64,000 bases of DNA from a bacterium (GCA_037130655.1 JBAXSP010000003.1:4684-68683), one strand, 5' to 3'. Positions 46,023 to 55,461 are shown, numbered from the stretch's first letter. A program made the numbers and translations. Notes: a model not told the origin generated them from the letters alone.

Positions 46023-47330
46023 ATGTCGTCAAAATATAAAAACATTTTTATATTTGTATTGTTTGTTGCGATTATCGGTGTTCGGTATTTTTTCTTTCTT
46101 CCAACACCAAGTGAACATTTTTATGAGGTGATAAACAAGAAGGTAAGTCTCGATGCGAAGATTGTTAGTCAGGTAACAATGACGGCGTATGGACAGAATT
46201 TTTCGGTACAACTTCCAGATAAAAAATGGAAACTCCTAATTCGTACAAATGGAACTGATGATTTTTCATATGGCGATAAGATACATATCAATGGAGTGCT
46301 CAAAGAACCAGAACCATTTGAAACAGATCAAGGAACGACTTTTGATTACAAGACGTATCTAAAAACTGATAACACCTATTTTATTATTTCAAATGCAAAA
46401 GTTTCCGTCTTAGAAAAAGGAAAAAATGGAATCGTATTTTATTTATATCGCATTACTTCGAGTTTTGAAGAGAGTATCAATGAATTACTTCCACCAGACG
46501 AAGCAGGACTCGCAAATGGAATGCTTCTTGGTGATAAATCGGGCATCAGTCCGGAGCTTCGAAATAATTTCATCACAACCGGAACGATTCATATTGTTGC
46601 ACTGTCAGGATTCAATGTGTCAATCGTTTCAAAATACATCACGTCATTTTTCGCACTGTTGCTTCCGTTTCGTTTTGCACTCTACATCGGATTGTGTGCA
46701 ATCGGATTATTTGTAGTAATGACTGGTGCGTCTGCGACTGCAGTACGTGCTGGAGTGATGGGGGAATTGTCGGTCTTTGCATTACTTGCCGGAAGACAAT
46801 ATCAAGTTTTTCGCGGGTTGGTGATCGCGGTGCTTGTAATGTTACTCATCAATCCACTCTTAATTCATTCGGTGTCATTCCAACTTTCTGTCATTGCAAC
46901 ACTAGGCATGATTTTTATTGTGCCGATATTGGAGAGGAAATTGTGGTGGGTGACCAAGCGATTTCTACTTCGAGATACTATTGCCACGACACTGTCAGCT
47001 CAAATTGCCGTTGTCCCATTGATTCTCTATCAGATGCATCAATTTTCTGTCGTCTCATTTTTTGCAAATATTATTATCATTCCACTGGTGCCATTCGCTA
47101 TGCTTTCGGCATTTATCGCAGGAGGTCTTGGGTTATTTTTGCCGAAAGTATTGGTTGTGCCATTTTCATACATTGCATATATCTTGCATCACATCATAAT
47201 CAAAATCATCACACTCTTTGCTCAAATCCCTTTTGCTTCAGTTATTATCAATCAGGTTCCGTTATGGGTAATAGTATTGTTGTACGGAATAATTATTTGG
47301 TGGATTGTTCATAAAAATAAAAAACTCTAG
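46023..47330 (+). CDS. comEC: ComEC/Rec2 DNA-uptake channel protein (DUF4131 + competence domain, no MBL domain)
   Basis: ORF-track 46002 is TTG; ATG at 46023; polytopic; LLGDKSGISPELRNNFITTGTIHIVALSGFNVSIV competence-domain motif. Confidence 0.6.
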   Translation: MSSKYKNIFIFVLFVAIIGVRYFFFLPTPSEHFYEVINKKVSLDAKIVSQVTMTAYGQNFSVQLPDKKWKLLIRTNGTDDFSYGDKIHINGVLKEPEPFETDQGTTFDYKTYLKTDNTYFIISNAKVSVLEKGKNGIVFYLYRITSSFEESINELLPPDEAGLANGMLLGDKSGISPELRNNFITTGTIHIVALSGFNVSIVSKYITSFFALLLPFRFALYIGLCAIGLFVVMTGASATAVRAGVMGELSVFALLAGRQYQVFRGLVIAVLVMLLINPLLIHSVSFQLSVIATLGMIFIVPILERKLWWVTKRFLLRDTIATTLSAQIAVVPLILYQMHQFSVVSFFANIIIIPLVPFAMLSAFIAGGLGLFLPKVLVVPFSYIAYILHHIIIKIITLFAQIPFASVIINQVPLWVIVLLYGIIIWWIVHKNKKL

Positions 47331-47352
47331 CGTTTGCTTAGAGTTTTTTATT
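47321..47352. terminator. bidirectional terminator between comEC and sodA
   Basis: AAAAAACTCTA gcgtttgct TAGAGTTTTTTATTTTT. Confidence 0.65.
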
Positions 47353-47360
47353 TTTATGAA

Positions 47361-47966
47361 TTACTGCACTTTCTTAAAATTTTCTTCAATCACTGACCAG
47401 TTTAAGTTTTCAAAAAAAGCATCAATGTATTTTTTCTTTTCGCTTGTCGGATAATCATAGACATATGCATGTTCCCACATATCAATCGCAAGAATCATTT
47501 CACATCCGTTCAATTGACCTAGGTGTTGTTCGTCCACCCAAGACGCAAGTAATCTATCGTCCTTTTTATCGTACCACAGCACTGCCCAACCAACACCGCG
47601 AGTCAGTGCGATATTTTTGAATCCCATCAAAAAGATTTCGACAGACATACATTCTTTTACTATCTTTTTCGCTAGGTCACTTTCTGGATCAAGTGCTTTT
47701 GGTCCGCCTGAGAGGGAATTGAAATAGACTTCATGGTTTCGCATACCATTGTATTCAAAAGAGAAACGACGGAATAGTTCGCCAATCAAGTAGCTATTGT
47801 CCTCACCATCACGAAACATTCCTTGTGAAAGGGTGCTTATTTTTTCGACAGTTGCATTGGCATTGGTTACATAACCTTTGTAGAGTTTCAAATGCTCTTC
47901 AATATTTTTTGCTGAAATACCTTTGAGTTCTGGTAAATTGAATTCTTGTGGTGTGAAGTTTTGCAT
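47361..47966 (-). CDS. sodA: Fe/Mn superoxide dismutase
   Basis: LPELKGISAKNIEEHLKLY..., DMWEHAYVYDY metal-ligand motif. Confidence 0.85.
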   Translation of the reverse strand: MQNFTPQEFNLPELKGISAKNIEEHLKLYKGYVTNANATVEKISTLSQGMFRDGEDNSYLIGELFRRFSFEYNGMRNHEVYFNSLSGGPKALDPESDLAKKIVKECMSVEIFLMGFKNIALTRGVGWAVLWYDKKDDRLLASWVDEQHLGQLNGCEMILAIDMWEHAYVYDYPTSEKKKYIDAFFENLNWSVIEENFKKVQ

Positions 47967-48000
47967 GTCGTCTATTATAGCACTTCCTAAAAAAAGTCAG

Positions 48001-48030
48001 AAAAAAGCCCCGGGTATACAGGGCTTTTAA
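48001..48030. terminator. terminator between sodA and next gene
   Basis: AAAAAAGCCC cgggtataca GGGCTTTT. Confidence 0.5.
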
Positions 48031-48867
48031 TTAAAGATGGTTTTCAAATTTTGGAATTTTACCCGCAATTGCTATTTCACAAGGAATGTCACTGATCATT
48101 TTTCCAAAAATAAAAAATTTGTTTCTCTCAAACTGAATATTTATATCTTGTATTCTAGAATAGATTACTCCAATGGAGCAATAGTTTCCTAAACTTTGTC
48201 TCCAAAGTACTCGAGGTCGTAATTTCGTACTATGAACAATAGATAGTTTACCGGAGCCTTCAGTTACCCAAAAGATACATCTTTTGTAAAAATAAGTCCT
48301 AATAATTTGAATTCCTTTTAGTTCCAGGTGTCCTAATAATACATATCCTTTTGATGTAATCTTGAAAATAAATCCATTTGAACCAGCAGTAATAATATAC
48401 TGTTTGTTTTCGGATTGGTAGCTAATCGAAACAGGTGTTGAATCAAACAATAATCCAATTGGAGTTTTTTTGTGTTCATCTATCAATCCTGACCTAGATT
48501 TTTTTAGAGCCCCTTTTTCGTATTTTTGAAAAAGAATATCAAGTAGGTGGTAATCATCATCATAATCTTTCTTTTTTCCATAAACAATCGATATGAGTGT
48601 ATTTGTTTTTGGTTCAAATTGGACCAAGGCTTTTTCGTTATTTATTGTAGATAAAGCAACGTTGCAAGACTCTATTCTAAAGTCAAAAAACAAATAAACA
48701 TGTTCTTTTGAATGAGGATGCCTCAAATGTACTACTGTATAATTATCATACAATCCTATTTCATTAGGACTACTATTGCCGTCTCTATATGTTTCAATGA
48801 CAAGATGTGAATATCCTAATTCATTAATTTTTTGGTGCACGAATGCGACTTTTTTATGTAATTCCAT
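48031..48867 (-). CDS. hypothetical cytoplasmic protein
   Basis: 278-aa ORF, ATG at 48867-48865; no family recognised. Confidence 0.4.
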   Translation of the reverse strand: MELHKKVAFVHQKINELGYSHLVIETYRDGNSSPNEIGLYDNYTVVHLRHPHSKEHVYLFFDFRIESCNVALSTINNEKALVQFEPKTNTLISIVYGKKKDYDDDYHLLDILFQKYEKGALKKSRSGLIDEHKKTPIGLLFDSTPVSISYQSENKQYIITAGSNGFIFKITSKGYVLLGHLELKGIQIIRTYFYKRCIFWVTEGSGKLSIVHSTKLRPRVLWRQSLGNYCSIGVIYSRIQDINIQFERNKFFIFGKMISDIPCEIAIAGKIPKFENHL

Positions 48868-48941
48868 GTATATAGTTTTTAAAATCCTCTCAGACTGTAC
48901 AGATTTTTAGTAAGAAAGTCAAATGTTGGTATACTATATAC

Positions 48942-49790
48942 ATGTTTCGAATCGTTCAGAAAAAAATAGTATTTTTCTCATTATTCTTTTTACTTGCAAC
49001 TGTTGTTGGATACGCAAAAGATGCACCAAAACTAAAAGTATCATTTCTCGACATCGGTCAAGGTGATGCGATTTATATCAAAGCTCCAAATGGTAATGAT
49101 ATGTTGATTGATGGTGGACGAGACAAAAAGATTCTGACTCGACTTGCTGAAGAAATGTCATTTGGTGATAGCACTATTGATGTGGTTGTTGCAACACACC
49201 CTGATGCAGATCATGTTGGTGGGCTCAATTATGTATTGGCAAAATATACCGTCGGCGCAGTGTTTGAACCAGGAGTCAGCGCAAAAACAAAAACCTATCA
49301 AAGTTTAGAAAGTGCGATTGATGAAAAAAAGATTCCGCACTTGCTCGCTCGAGCAGGGAACACCATTGTGCTTGATAAGAAAAATAATATAGTCGCAACG
49401 ATACTGTATCCAGATACTGATGTCACCGGATGGGAGACAAATGACGCTTCGATTGTATTGAAATTGACGTACGGTACAACTAGTGTCCTTTTGACCGGTG
49501 ACTCACCGGTGTCGAAAGAATTATATTTGATTGGGAAGGATAAAAATATGCTCGATGTCGATGTGCTAAAGCTCGGGCACCACGGTTCACGTACTGCAAG
49601 TAGTGAGGCGTATCTACTCGCAACCTCACCACAAATCGCAATTATTTCTGCAGGCAAAAATAATTCCTACGGACACCCACACGGGGAGGTAATCGATAGA
49701 TTGAAAAAACTTGCTATTCCATATTTGAATACGGCAGATATCGGAACGATTCATTGTATTTCGAACGCACTGAAATTTTCTTGTAAATAA
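48942..49790 (+). CDS. ComEC-type metallo-beta-lactamase domain protein, separately encoded, with signal/TM N-terminus
   Basis: KVSFLDIGQGDAIYIKAPNGNDMLIDGG, ATHPDADHVGG, KLGHHGSRTASS match the ComEC C-terminal MBL domain. Confidence 0.65.
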   Translation: MFRIVQKKIVFFSLFFLLATVVGYAKDAPKLKVSFLDIGQGDAIYIKAPNGNDMLIDGGRDKKILTRLAEEMSFGDSTIDVVVATHPDADHVGGLNYVLAKYTVGAVFEPGVSAKTKTYQSLESAIDEKKIPHLLARAGNTIVLDKKNNIVATILYPDTDVTGWETNDASIVLKLTYGTTSVLLTGDSPVSKELYLIGKDKNMLDVDVLKLGHHGSRTASSEAYLLATSPQIAIISAGKNNSYGHPHGEVIDRLKKLAIPYLNTADIGTIHCISNALKFSCK

Positions 49791-49815
49791 AAAAACCCTT
49801 TCGGGATTTTTTTTA
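49791..49815. terminator. putative weak terminator between convergent genes
   Basis: AAAAAACCC tttc GGGATTTTTTTT. Confidence 0.4.
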
Positions 49816-50217
49816 TTTTTTCAATAAGTCACGAATTTCTGAAAGGAGTTTTATTTCTTCACTAATCTCTTTAACTTTTTCTTCTTCCTTTTTTGCTTTT
49901 ATTTTATTCAAAGCTTTGATGGTCAGAAAGAGGGCAGTGGCAATAATTGCGAAATCGATACAGTTCTGGAGAAAGATACCGATATTCATGACGACGTCAT
50001 TTCGAGTGCCCGCACCATTATGCAGTACGATTGTCAGATCTTTCATGTCGAAACCTCCCATGAGCATACCGATAGGAGGCATAATAATGTCTGATACGAG
50101 AGAAGAGATGATTTTACCAAAGGCGCCTCCAATGATGACTCCGATTGCCAAATCCATGACATTGCCTTTCATTGCGAATTCTTTGAGTTCACCGATAAAT
50201 GTTTTTGCTTTTTGCAT
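49813..50217 (-). CDS. mscL: large-conductance mechanosensitive channel
   Basis: start moved to ATG 50217-50215; MQKAKTFIGELKEFAMKGNVMDLAIGVIIGGAFGKIISSLVSDIIMPPIG is canonical MscL. Confidence 0.85.
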   Translation of the reverse strand: MQKAKTFIGELKEFAMKGNVMDLAIGVIIGGAFGKIISSLVSDIIMPPIGMLMGGFDMKDLTIVLHNGAGTRNDVVMNIGIFLQNCIDFAIIATALFLTIKALNKIKAKKEEEKVKEISEEIKLLSEIRDLLKK

Positions 50218-50319
50218 AAAGGTTATTATACTTATTTTTGATTTCAATACAAATTTGAAAAAAAATACCGCCAGAGTGGCGGTAAACAGCGAAGGCTTGT
50301 AGACGTGACTTGTTTCCCA

Positions 50320-50333
50320 TGACCCTAAGGTCA
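50320..50333. promoter_or_regulatory. palindrome TGACC-ctaa-GGTCA about 100 nt upstream of mscL; same half-site as the heptamer elements
   Basis: read directly; regulatory role is inferred. Confidence 0.3.
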
Positions 50334-50392
50334 AACGTTTATGTTCGTCCAAGATATTTCGGCGTCTTTGCAAGAATAACAAAGAGTTTATT

Positions 50393-50434
50393 AAAAAGAA
50401 AGCGGTGGGATATACTCCCACCGCTTTCTTTTGT
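50393..50434 (-). terminator. terminator downstream of rpmB
   Basis: AGCGGTGGGA tatact TCCCACCGCT flanked by A and T tracts. Confidence 0.7.
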
Positions 50435-50680
50435 TTATTTAATGATTCCAGCTTTCTTCAAAGTTACAAATGCACCGTTTTTGTTGATAGTGCGGATTGC
50501 GTTTGTAGAAAGAGTGATGCGGAAAGTCTTTCCTAGTTCAGGAACGAAAATACGCTTCTTTTGAAGGTTTACTTGCTTACGTGAAGTCTCAATTGGGTTG
50601 AATTTGGTAGCACGAACTTTAGTCGAGTACCCTCCACCGATCAAAGACTTCTTTTTAGTTATTGCACAGATTTTTGCCAT
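50435..50680 (-). CDS. rpmB: 50S ribosomal protein L28
   Basis: start moved to ATG 50680; MAKICAITKKKSLIGGGYSTKVRATKFNP...RIFVPELGKTFRITLSTNAIRTINKNG. Confidence 0.75.
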   Translation of the reverse strand: MAKICAITKKKSLIGGGYSTKVRATKFNPIETSRKQVNLQKKRIFVPELGKTFRITLSTNAIRTINKNGAFVTLKKAGIIK

Positions 50681-50713
50681 ATGTGTGATTATGTTATCAT
50701 AGAGAGATAATAT

Positions 50714-51337
50714 ATGCAAGAGATAAATAGTATTTTTTATGTTGTCATTTTGATTTTCTCGGTCGTCATTCATGAGGTGGCTCATGGCTATGCGGCTGAC
50801 TATTTCGGCGATCCGACTGCTCGTTTGGCAGGCAGATTGACAATGAATCCAATCAAGCACATCGATTTGTGGGGGTCTATCATTATCCCGCTCCTTTTGG
50901 TGCTTTCAGGAACGACCTTTTTGGTTGGTTGGGCAAAGCCAGTGCCGTACAACCCAAATCATTTTGATAATAAAAAGAAGGGGACAATCGTTACAGCACT
51001 TGCAGGTGTGTGTGCCAACTTTTTCATTGCGATTATTTTCGGACTAGCAATGCATTTTGTTCCAGCCTTTGGTCTAGGAATGCCAGCACATATGGTGGTT
51101 TCAACGATTGTAGTGGTCAATATTGTACTTGGATTATTTAATCTTATTCCTATCGTACCGCTCGACGGATCAAAAGTGTTATTCGAATTGATTCCACTTC
51201 GCGCACAAAAATTCCGTTATTTTTGGGAAAAGAATTCACTCATCATTCTTGTGGTGTTTATTTTCTTCTTCTGGGCAGGTATTGCTATTCCAACGATCTC
51301 TTTTATTTACAGACTACTAACAGGCACCTTCCTCTAA
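50714..51337 (+). CDS. M50/site-2-protease-family membrane metalloprotease (small form)
   Basis: HEVAHGYAADYFGDPTA (HExxH) in TM1, NPIKHIDLWGS; polytopic. Confidence 0.65.
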   Translation: MQEINSIFYVVILIFSVVIHEVAHGYAADYFGDPTARLAGRLTMNPIKHIDLWGSIIIPLLLVLSGTTFLVGWAKPVPYNPNHFDNKKKGTIVTALAGVCANFFIAIIFGLAMHFVPAFGLGMPAHMVVSTIVVVNIVLGLFNLIPIVPLDGSKVLFELIPLRAQKFRYFWEKNSLIILVVFIFFFWAGIAIPTISFIYRLLTGTFL

Positions 51338-51367
51338 AACAGACAATCTTCTTGTATAATAAAGCTA

Positions 51368-53323
51368 ATGAAAGTTTTTAGACTCGCTTTTTTGTCTGTC
51401 CTAGTGATTGGATTTTTATCCAACATTGTTTTTGCTTCTGTTTCAAACGGAACAATTGATACTACATACAATCGTGCTGTCGTTGTACAAGATGACACAC
51501 AGTTAAATACTGGCTATTACACACAAACAGGAATGAGTGCATACAACGTAGCTATTTCTGACACTGCGCTTACTGGATATTGGTGGTCAGAAAATTTTGG
51601 CTGGATCAATCTCAATTGTGCCAATAATAATTCATGTGGCAGTGCTAATTTTAAAGTCGCAAATACGGGTAGCGGTGTACTTTCTGGGTATGCGTGGGGA
51701 CAAAATGCTGGTTGGATAAACTTTGGTCCTTTTGTAAACAGTGCAACAACTCCAGTCAGTATCAATACAAACGGGGAGTTGAATGGGTATGCGTGGACAC
51801 AAAATTTTGGTTGGATAAAATTTTCTTGTAATACTGGTGATAGTGATTATCCTGCTGCTTGTACCAAAACTGATTGGCGTCCAATTTCTGCTCGGGCTGC
51901 TTGTAGTAATGGAATAGATGATGATGGTGATGGTTTTACTGATTATCCAGCTGATGCTGGTTGTACAAGTGGTAGTGATACTGACGAGAGTGGTCCGTTC
52001 TCAAATCCACATCCACCAACTCCTACACCAACACCTACACCAACGCCGACTCCGACTCCGACTCCTACACCGACCCCAACTCCTACTCCAACACCTGAAA
52101 CACCAGCTCCTCCTACGCCAACACCTACACCAACAGTCCCAGAACCACCGGCTCCTCCTAGTACAGTTCCTTCCGTGCCAACTGTTCCAACAATAGGTTC
52201 ATCACCATCGGCTGTATCTGGTCCATCGGGATTCTCTTCACCAGGATTGTTTTTTACTGGAGGAATGCCAACACTTCTTGAAAGCGCAAAACAACAAGTG
52301 AATGATAGTATTGCAAACACGGTTACAGTCTACAAAGACAGTAAACAAAAAATAAAAAATGTCGTCGATACAAAACAAGGAGATGTTGTTGTTAAAACAG
52401 TTGGAGCTGTCGGTGTTGTTGCTTCATCTGTGGCGTCATTTACCTCTGTGTTGTTCTTGAATCCGCTTTCAATTTCAGAATTGTTCTTGATTCCGATTCG
52501 TTTGTGGACACTACTGATGACATTGCTTGGTATTCGTAAACGAAACAAGCCATGGGGAACCGTGTATGATTCGATTACCAAGCAACCGCTCGACCCTGCG
52601 TATGTTGTACTTCAGGATATGCAAGGTAATGAAGTTGCAACATCGATTACTGACCTAGACGGAAGATATGGGTTCCTGGTTGAACCAGGGCAATATCGAT
52701 TGTTGGCAAATAAAACCAATTATATTTTTCCATCAGCTAAACTGGCTGGTCGGCCAAGTGATGAACTATATTCAGATTTGTATTTTGGGGAACCGATCGT
52801 TGTTACTCAGTCTGGAGAAATTATCGGAAAAAGTATTCCGCTTGATCCACTTAAGTTTGACTGGAATGAATTTGCAAAACGAGATCAGAGTTTGATGAAG
52901 TTCTATTCAAAACGAGATTTATTGTTGTTAAAATTCTCAAATGCATTTTTCGTTTTCGGTTTGATTGTTTCTTTGATTGCAGTATTGGTTGCACCAAAAC
53001 CATATAATATTGGAATTATTTCTTTGTATGCAGTATTACTCATCTTGAAGCGAACAGTGCTCAAACCAAAACCTCGAGGAAATATCGCAACCAAAGATGG
53101 TATTCCAATGGCATTCGCTATTATTCGAGTAATGCGTGACAGTGGGTTTGAACTGATTCATAAGGTGACAGATATGAAAGGAAACTACTATTGTCTCTTG
53201 CCGAACGGAAATTATACAGTCACGATAGAGAAGAAAAATCTTGATCAGACGTATACTAAGGTGATAGAAAAAGTGCCAATAACGGTGACAAAAGGGTATT
53301 TGGATCAAAAATTTATAATTTAA
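51368..53323 (+). CDS. polytopic membrane protein with extracellular GWIxF-repeat head, DDDGDG Ca-binding-like motif, Pro/Thr linker, CarboxypepD_reg-like segment
   Basis: signal peptide; YWWSENFGWINLNC / GYAWGQNAGWINFGP / GYAWTQNFGWIKFSC; (PT)n 52011-52150; several TM helices after residue ~330. Confidence 0.55.
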   Translation: MKVFRLAFLSVLVIGFLSNIVFASVSNGTIDTTYNRAVVVQDDTQLNTGYYTQTGMSAYNVAISDTALTGYWWSENFGWINLNCANNNSCGSANFKVANTGSGVLSGYAWGQNAGWINFGPFVNSATTPVSINTNGELNGYAWTQNFGWIKFSCNTGDSDYPAACTKTDWRPISARAACSNGIDDDGDGFTDYPADAGCTSGSDTDESGPFSNPHPPTPTPTPTPTPTPTPTPTPTPTPTPTPETPAPPTPTPTPTVPEPPAPPSTVPSVPTVPTIGSSPSAVSGPSGFSSPGLFFTGGMPTLLESAKQQVNDSIANTVTVYKDSKQKIKNVVDTKQGDVVVKTVGAVGVVASSVASFTSVLFLNPLSISELFLIPIRLWTLLMTLLGIRKRNKPWGTVYDSITKQPLDPAYVVLQDMQGNEVATSITDLDGRYGFLVEPGQYRLLANKTNYIFPSAKLAGRPSDELYSDLYFGEPIVVTQSGEIIGKSIPLDPLKFDWNEFAKRDQSLMKFYSKRDLLLLKFSNAFFVFGLIVSLIAVLVAPKPYNIGIISLYAVLLILKRTVLKPKPRGNIATKDGIPMAFAIIRVMRDSGFELIHKVTDMKGNYYCLLPNGNYTVTIEKKNLDQTYTKVIEKVPITVTKGYLDQKFII

Positions 53324-53325
53324 GT

Positions 53326-53361
53326 AAAAAGGCGACGAAACCTTCGGTTTCGTCGCCTTTT
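53326..53361 (+). terminator. rho-independent terminator
   Basis: AAAAAGGCGACGAAACC ttcg GGTTTCGTCGCCTTTTC. Confidence 0.8.
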
Positions 53362-53394
53362 CTTGGAGCATCTTTAGATATATCCAATGTACGC

Positions 53395-53423
53395 TTGCTT
53401 ATTGCGACTATCTATAGTATATT
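53395..53423 (+). promoter_or_regulatory. candidate sigma70-type promoter for rpsL-rpsG (TTGCTT, 17 nt, TATATT)
   Basis: hexamers read directly; untested. Confidence 0.3.
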
Positions 53424-53491
53424 TATTTGGCAATTCTGAATATATCGGAATGTATGGCTATTATCAATAATTCAACAAAGAAAGCGGCCCT

Positions 53492-53911
53492 ATGCCAACA
53501 ATTTCTCAATTAATTAAAAAGAATAGAAAAGACGTTAAACGCAAATCAAAAACTGTGGCACTTGCTTGTGGTTTTAATTCTATTCTAAACAAACCAACAC
53601 TTTACCCATCTCCTTTCAAGCGAGGTGTGTGTACAAAAGTGACTACAACAACTCCAAAAAAGCCGAACTCTGCGATGCGTAAAATCGCCCGCGTACGTTT
53701 GACTAATGGAAAAGAAATCACTGCCTACATTCCAGGTATCGGACACAAGCTCCAAGAACACTCAGTGGTAGTAGTTCGTGGAGGACGTGTGAAAGACTTG
53801 GTTGGAGTACGATATACAATCGTTCGTGGACGTCTTGATGCCACTGCTCCAGATAAACGTATGAAGAGTCGTTCTCGTTACGGTGCTAAGAAACCAAAAG
53901 CGAAAGCTTAA
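53492..53911 (+). CDS. rpsL: 30S ribosomal protein S12
   Basis: [10 protein letters not shown]...[10 protein letters not shown]...[14 protein letters not shown]-type conservation. Confidence 0.95.
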   Translation: MPTISQLIKKNRKDVKRKSKTVALACGFNSILNKPTLYPSPFKRGVCTKVTTTTPKKPNSAMRKIARVRLTNGKEITAYIPGIGHKLQEHSVVVVRGGRVKDLVGVRYTIVRGRLDATAPDKRMKSRSRYGAKKPKAKA

Positions 53912-53998
53912 TTTTATAAAAACTAATTTATAATGATGGAGTAATTATCGAAAGATAGTGAAGAGTGATCGAAAGATCATTTCATCATTTCAAAAAAT

Positions 53999-54466
53999 AT
54001 GCGAAGAAAAGTAACAAATAGAAATATTGTAAAACCAGACCTGACTTACAACTCAGCAACATTAGGTAAGTTTATCAACTACATGATGTGGTCTGGAAAG
54101 AAAAGTGTGGCTGAAAAGATTGTGTACGGTGCGCTCGACATTATCAAAGAAAAGACTGGTAAAGAACCACTTGAAATCTTTGATGAAGCTGTTCGAAACG
54201 CTAGTCCTGCAATCGAAGTCCGTTCTCGACGTATCGGTGGTGCAAACTACCAAGTTCCTCGAGAAGTTCGACCAGAACGTCGTCAATCACTCGCATTCCG
54301 TTGGATTCGCGATGCAGCACGAGCTAAGAAAGGTATGGATACTCACAAGAAGCTTGCTGAAGAACTACTAGCAGCCGCAAACAACGAAGGCGCAGCAGTT
54401 AAGAAGAAACAAGATACTCACAAGATGGCAGAAGCCAACAAAGCGTTCGCTCACTTCGCATGGTAA
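53999..54466 (+). CDS. rpsG: 30S ribosomal protein S7
   Basis: 155 aa, ...[19 protein letters not shown]...AFRWI... Confidence 0.95.
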   Translation: MRRKVTNRNIVKPDLTYNSATLGKFINYMMWSGKKSVAEKIVYGALDIIKEKTGKEPLEIFDEAVRNASPAIEVRSRRIGGANYQVPREVRPERRQSLAFRWIRDAARAKKGMDTHKKLAEELLAAANNEGAAVKKKQDTHKMAEANKAFAHFAW

Positions 54467-54512
54467 AAATAAAGACCGCCTTAGGCGGTCTTTATTTTTA
54501 CCATGCGAAGTG
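54452..54512 (+). terminator. 29-bp perfect-stem hairpin (3-nt loop) that includes the rpsG stop codon, with T-tract
   Basis: CACTTCGCATGGTAAAAATAAAGACCGCC tta GGCGGTCTTTATTTTTACCATGCGAAGTG. Confidence 0.7.
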
Positions 54513-54514
54513 TA

Positions 54515-54620
54515 AATCAAGCTCTGCTTGATTTCTCACTTCAATTGGCGAATTTTCCTGCAAAGAAAATTCGCGTCGAAAAAATCTGATAACGAAGTTT
54601 TCAGATTTTTTCGACGCAAT
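54515..54620 (+). other. three further consecutive hairpins in the rpsG-tatD spacer (aaatcaag/cttgattt; gcgaattttc/gaaaattcgc; cgtcgaaaaaatctga/tcagattttttcgacg)
   Basis: read directly; function unknown. Confidence 0.4.
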
Positions 54621-54684
54621 AAAAAAGTCCCCAACCAATAAAAACGTGAAAATATAGATTTGTTTTCTGTGCTATATTATCTAA

Positions 54685-55461
54685 ATGAATTATATCGATA
54701 TTCACTCCCATCTCAATTTGTCAGATTTTGATATAGATCGAGATGAGGTGATTACTAATATGAAAGAACAGGGAATTGCCACCATTACTGTTGGGGTTGA
54801 TTTTACTACTTCAGAAAAAGCGTTAGAACTTGCCGAACAACACGAGAATCTTTTTGCTTGTATCGGACTGCATCCATGTGATAACCATACTGAAGTATTT
54901 GATATGGAAAAATATGAAGCACTCGCAGTGCATTCAAAAGTAGTAGCTATCGGCGAAACAGGTCTTGATTATTTCAGAGATCAGTCCGAAGAATCAAAAT
55001 CAAAACAACGAGAAATTTTTATCCAACATATTGCACTGGCAAACAAAGTACAGAAACCACTGATGATTCACGCTCGTCCGAGCAAGGGGAGTATGGACGC
55101 ATATAGTGACACACTCGATATCCTTGAATCGATGAATTTTGGTCAAATGGTGAATTTTCACTTCTTTGTTGGTGATGTAGCTATTGCAGATCGGATTGTC
55201 AAAAATGGCTGGAGCATGTCATTTGATGGGCCGATAACATTCTCGACTGATTACGATGAAGTTATTAAAAGCATCCCAATCCTGCACATAATGGCCGAAA
55301 CCGACAGTCCGTTCGCTGCACCGGCACCATATCGTGGTAAACGCTGTGAACCGCTTTATGTGACAGAAATTTACAAAAGAATTGGTGAATTAAAAGAAAT
55401 TGATATTGAAGAATGTCGACAATTATTGAACCAGAATGTTCAAAGAGTCTTCAAAATATAG
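54685..55461 (+). CDS. tatD: TatD-family metal-dependent DNase/hydrolase
   Basis: MNYIDIHSHLN, IGETGLDY, MIHAR, ETDSPF motifs. Confidence 0.85.
   Translation: MNYIDIHSHLNLSDFDIDRDEVITNMKEQGIATITVGVDFTTSEKALELAEQHENLFACIGLHPCDNHTEVFDMEKYEALAVHSKVVAIGETGLDYFRDQSEESKSKQREIFIQHIALANKVQKPLMIHARPSKGSMDAYSDTLDILESMNFGQMVNFHFFVGDVAIADRIVKNGWSMSFDGPITFSTDYDEVIKSIPILHIMAETDSPFAAPAPYRGKRCEPLYVTEIYKRIGELKEIDIEECRQLLNQNVQRVFKI

Noticed and set aside
46694-47314. 206-aa Cys-rich ORF overlapping comEC in another frame
   Set aside because: It is entirely contained within the well-supported comEC frame, and its composition is typical of an alternative-frame artefact.
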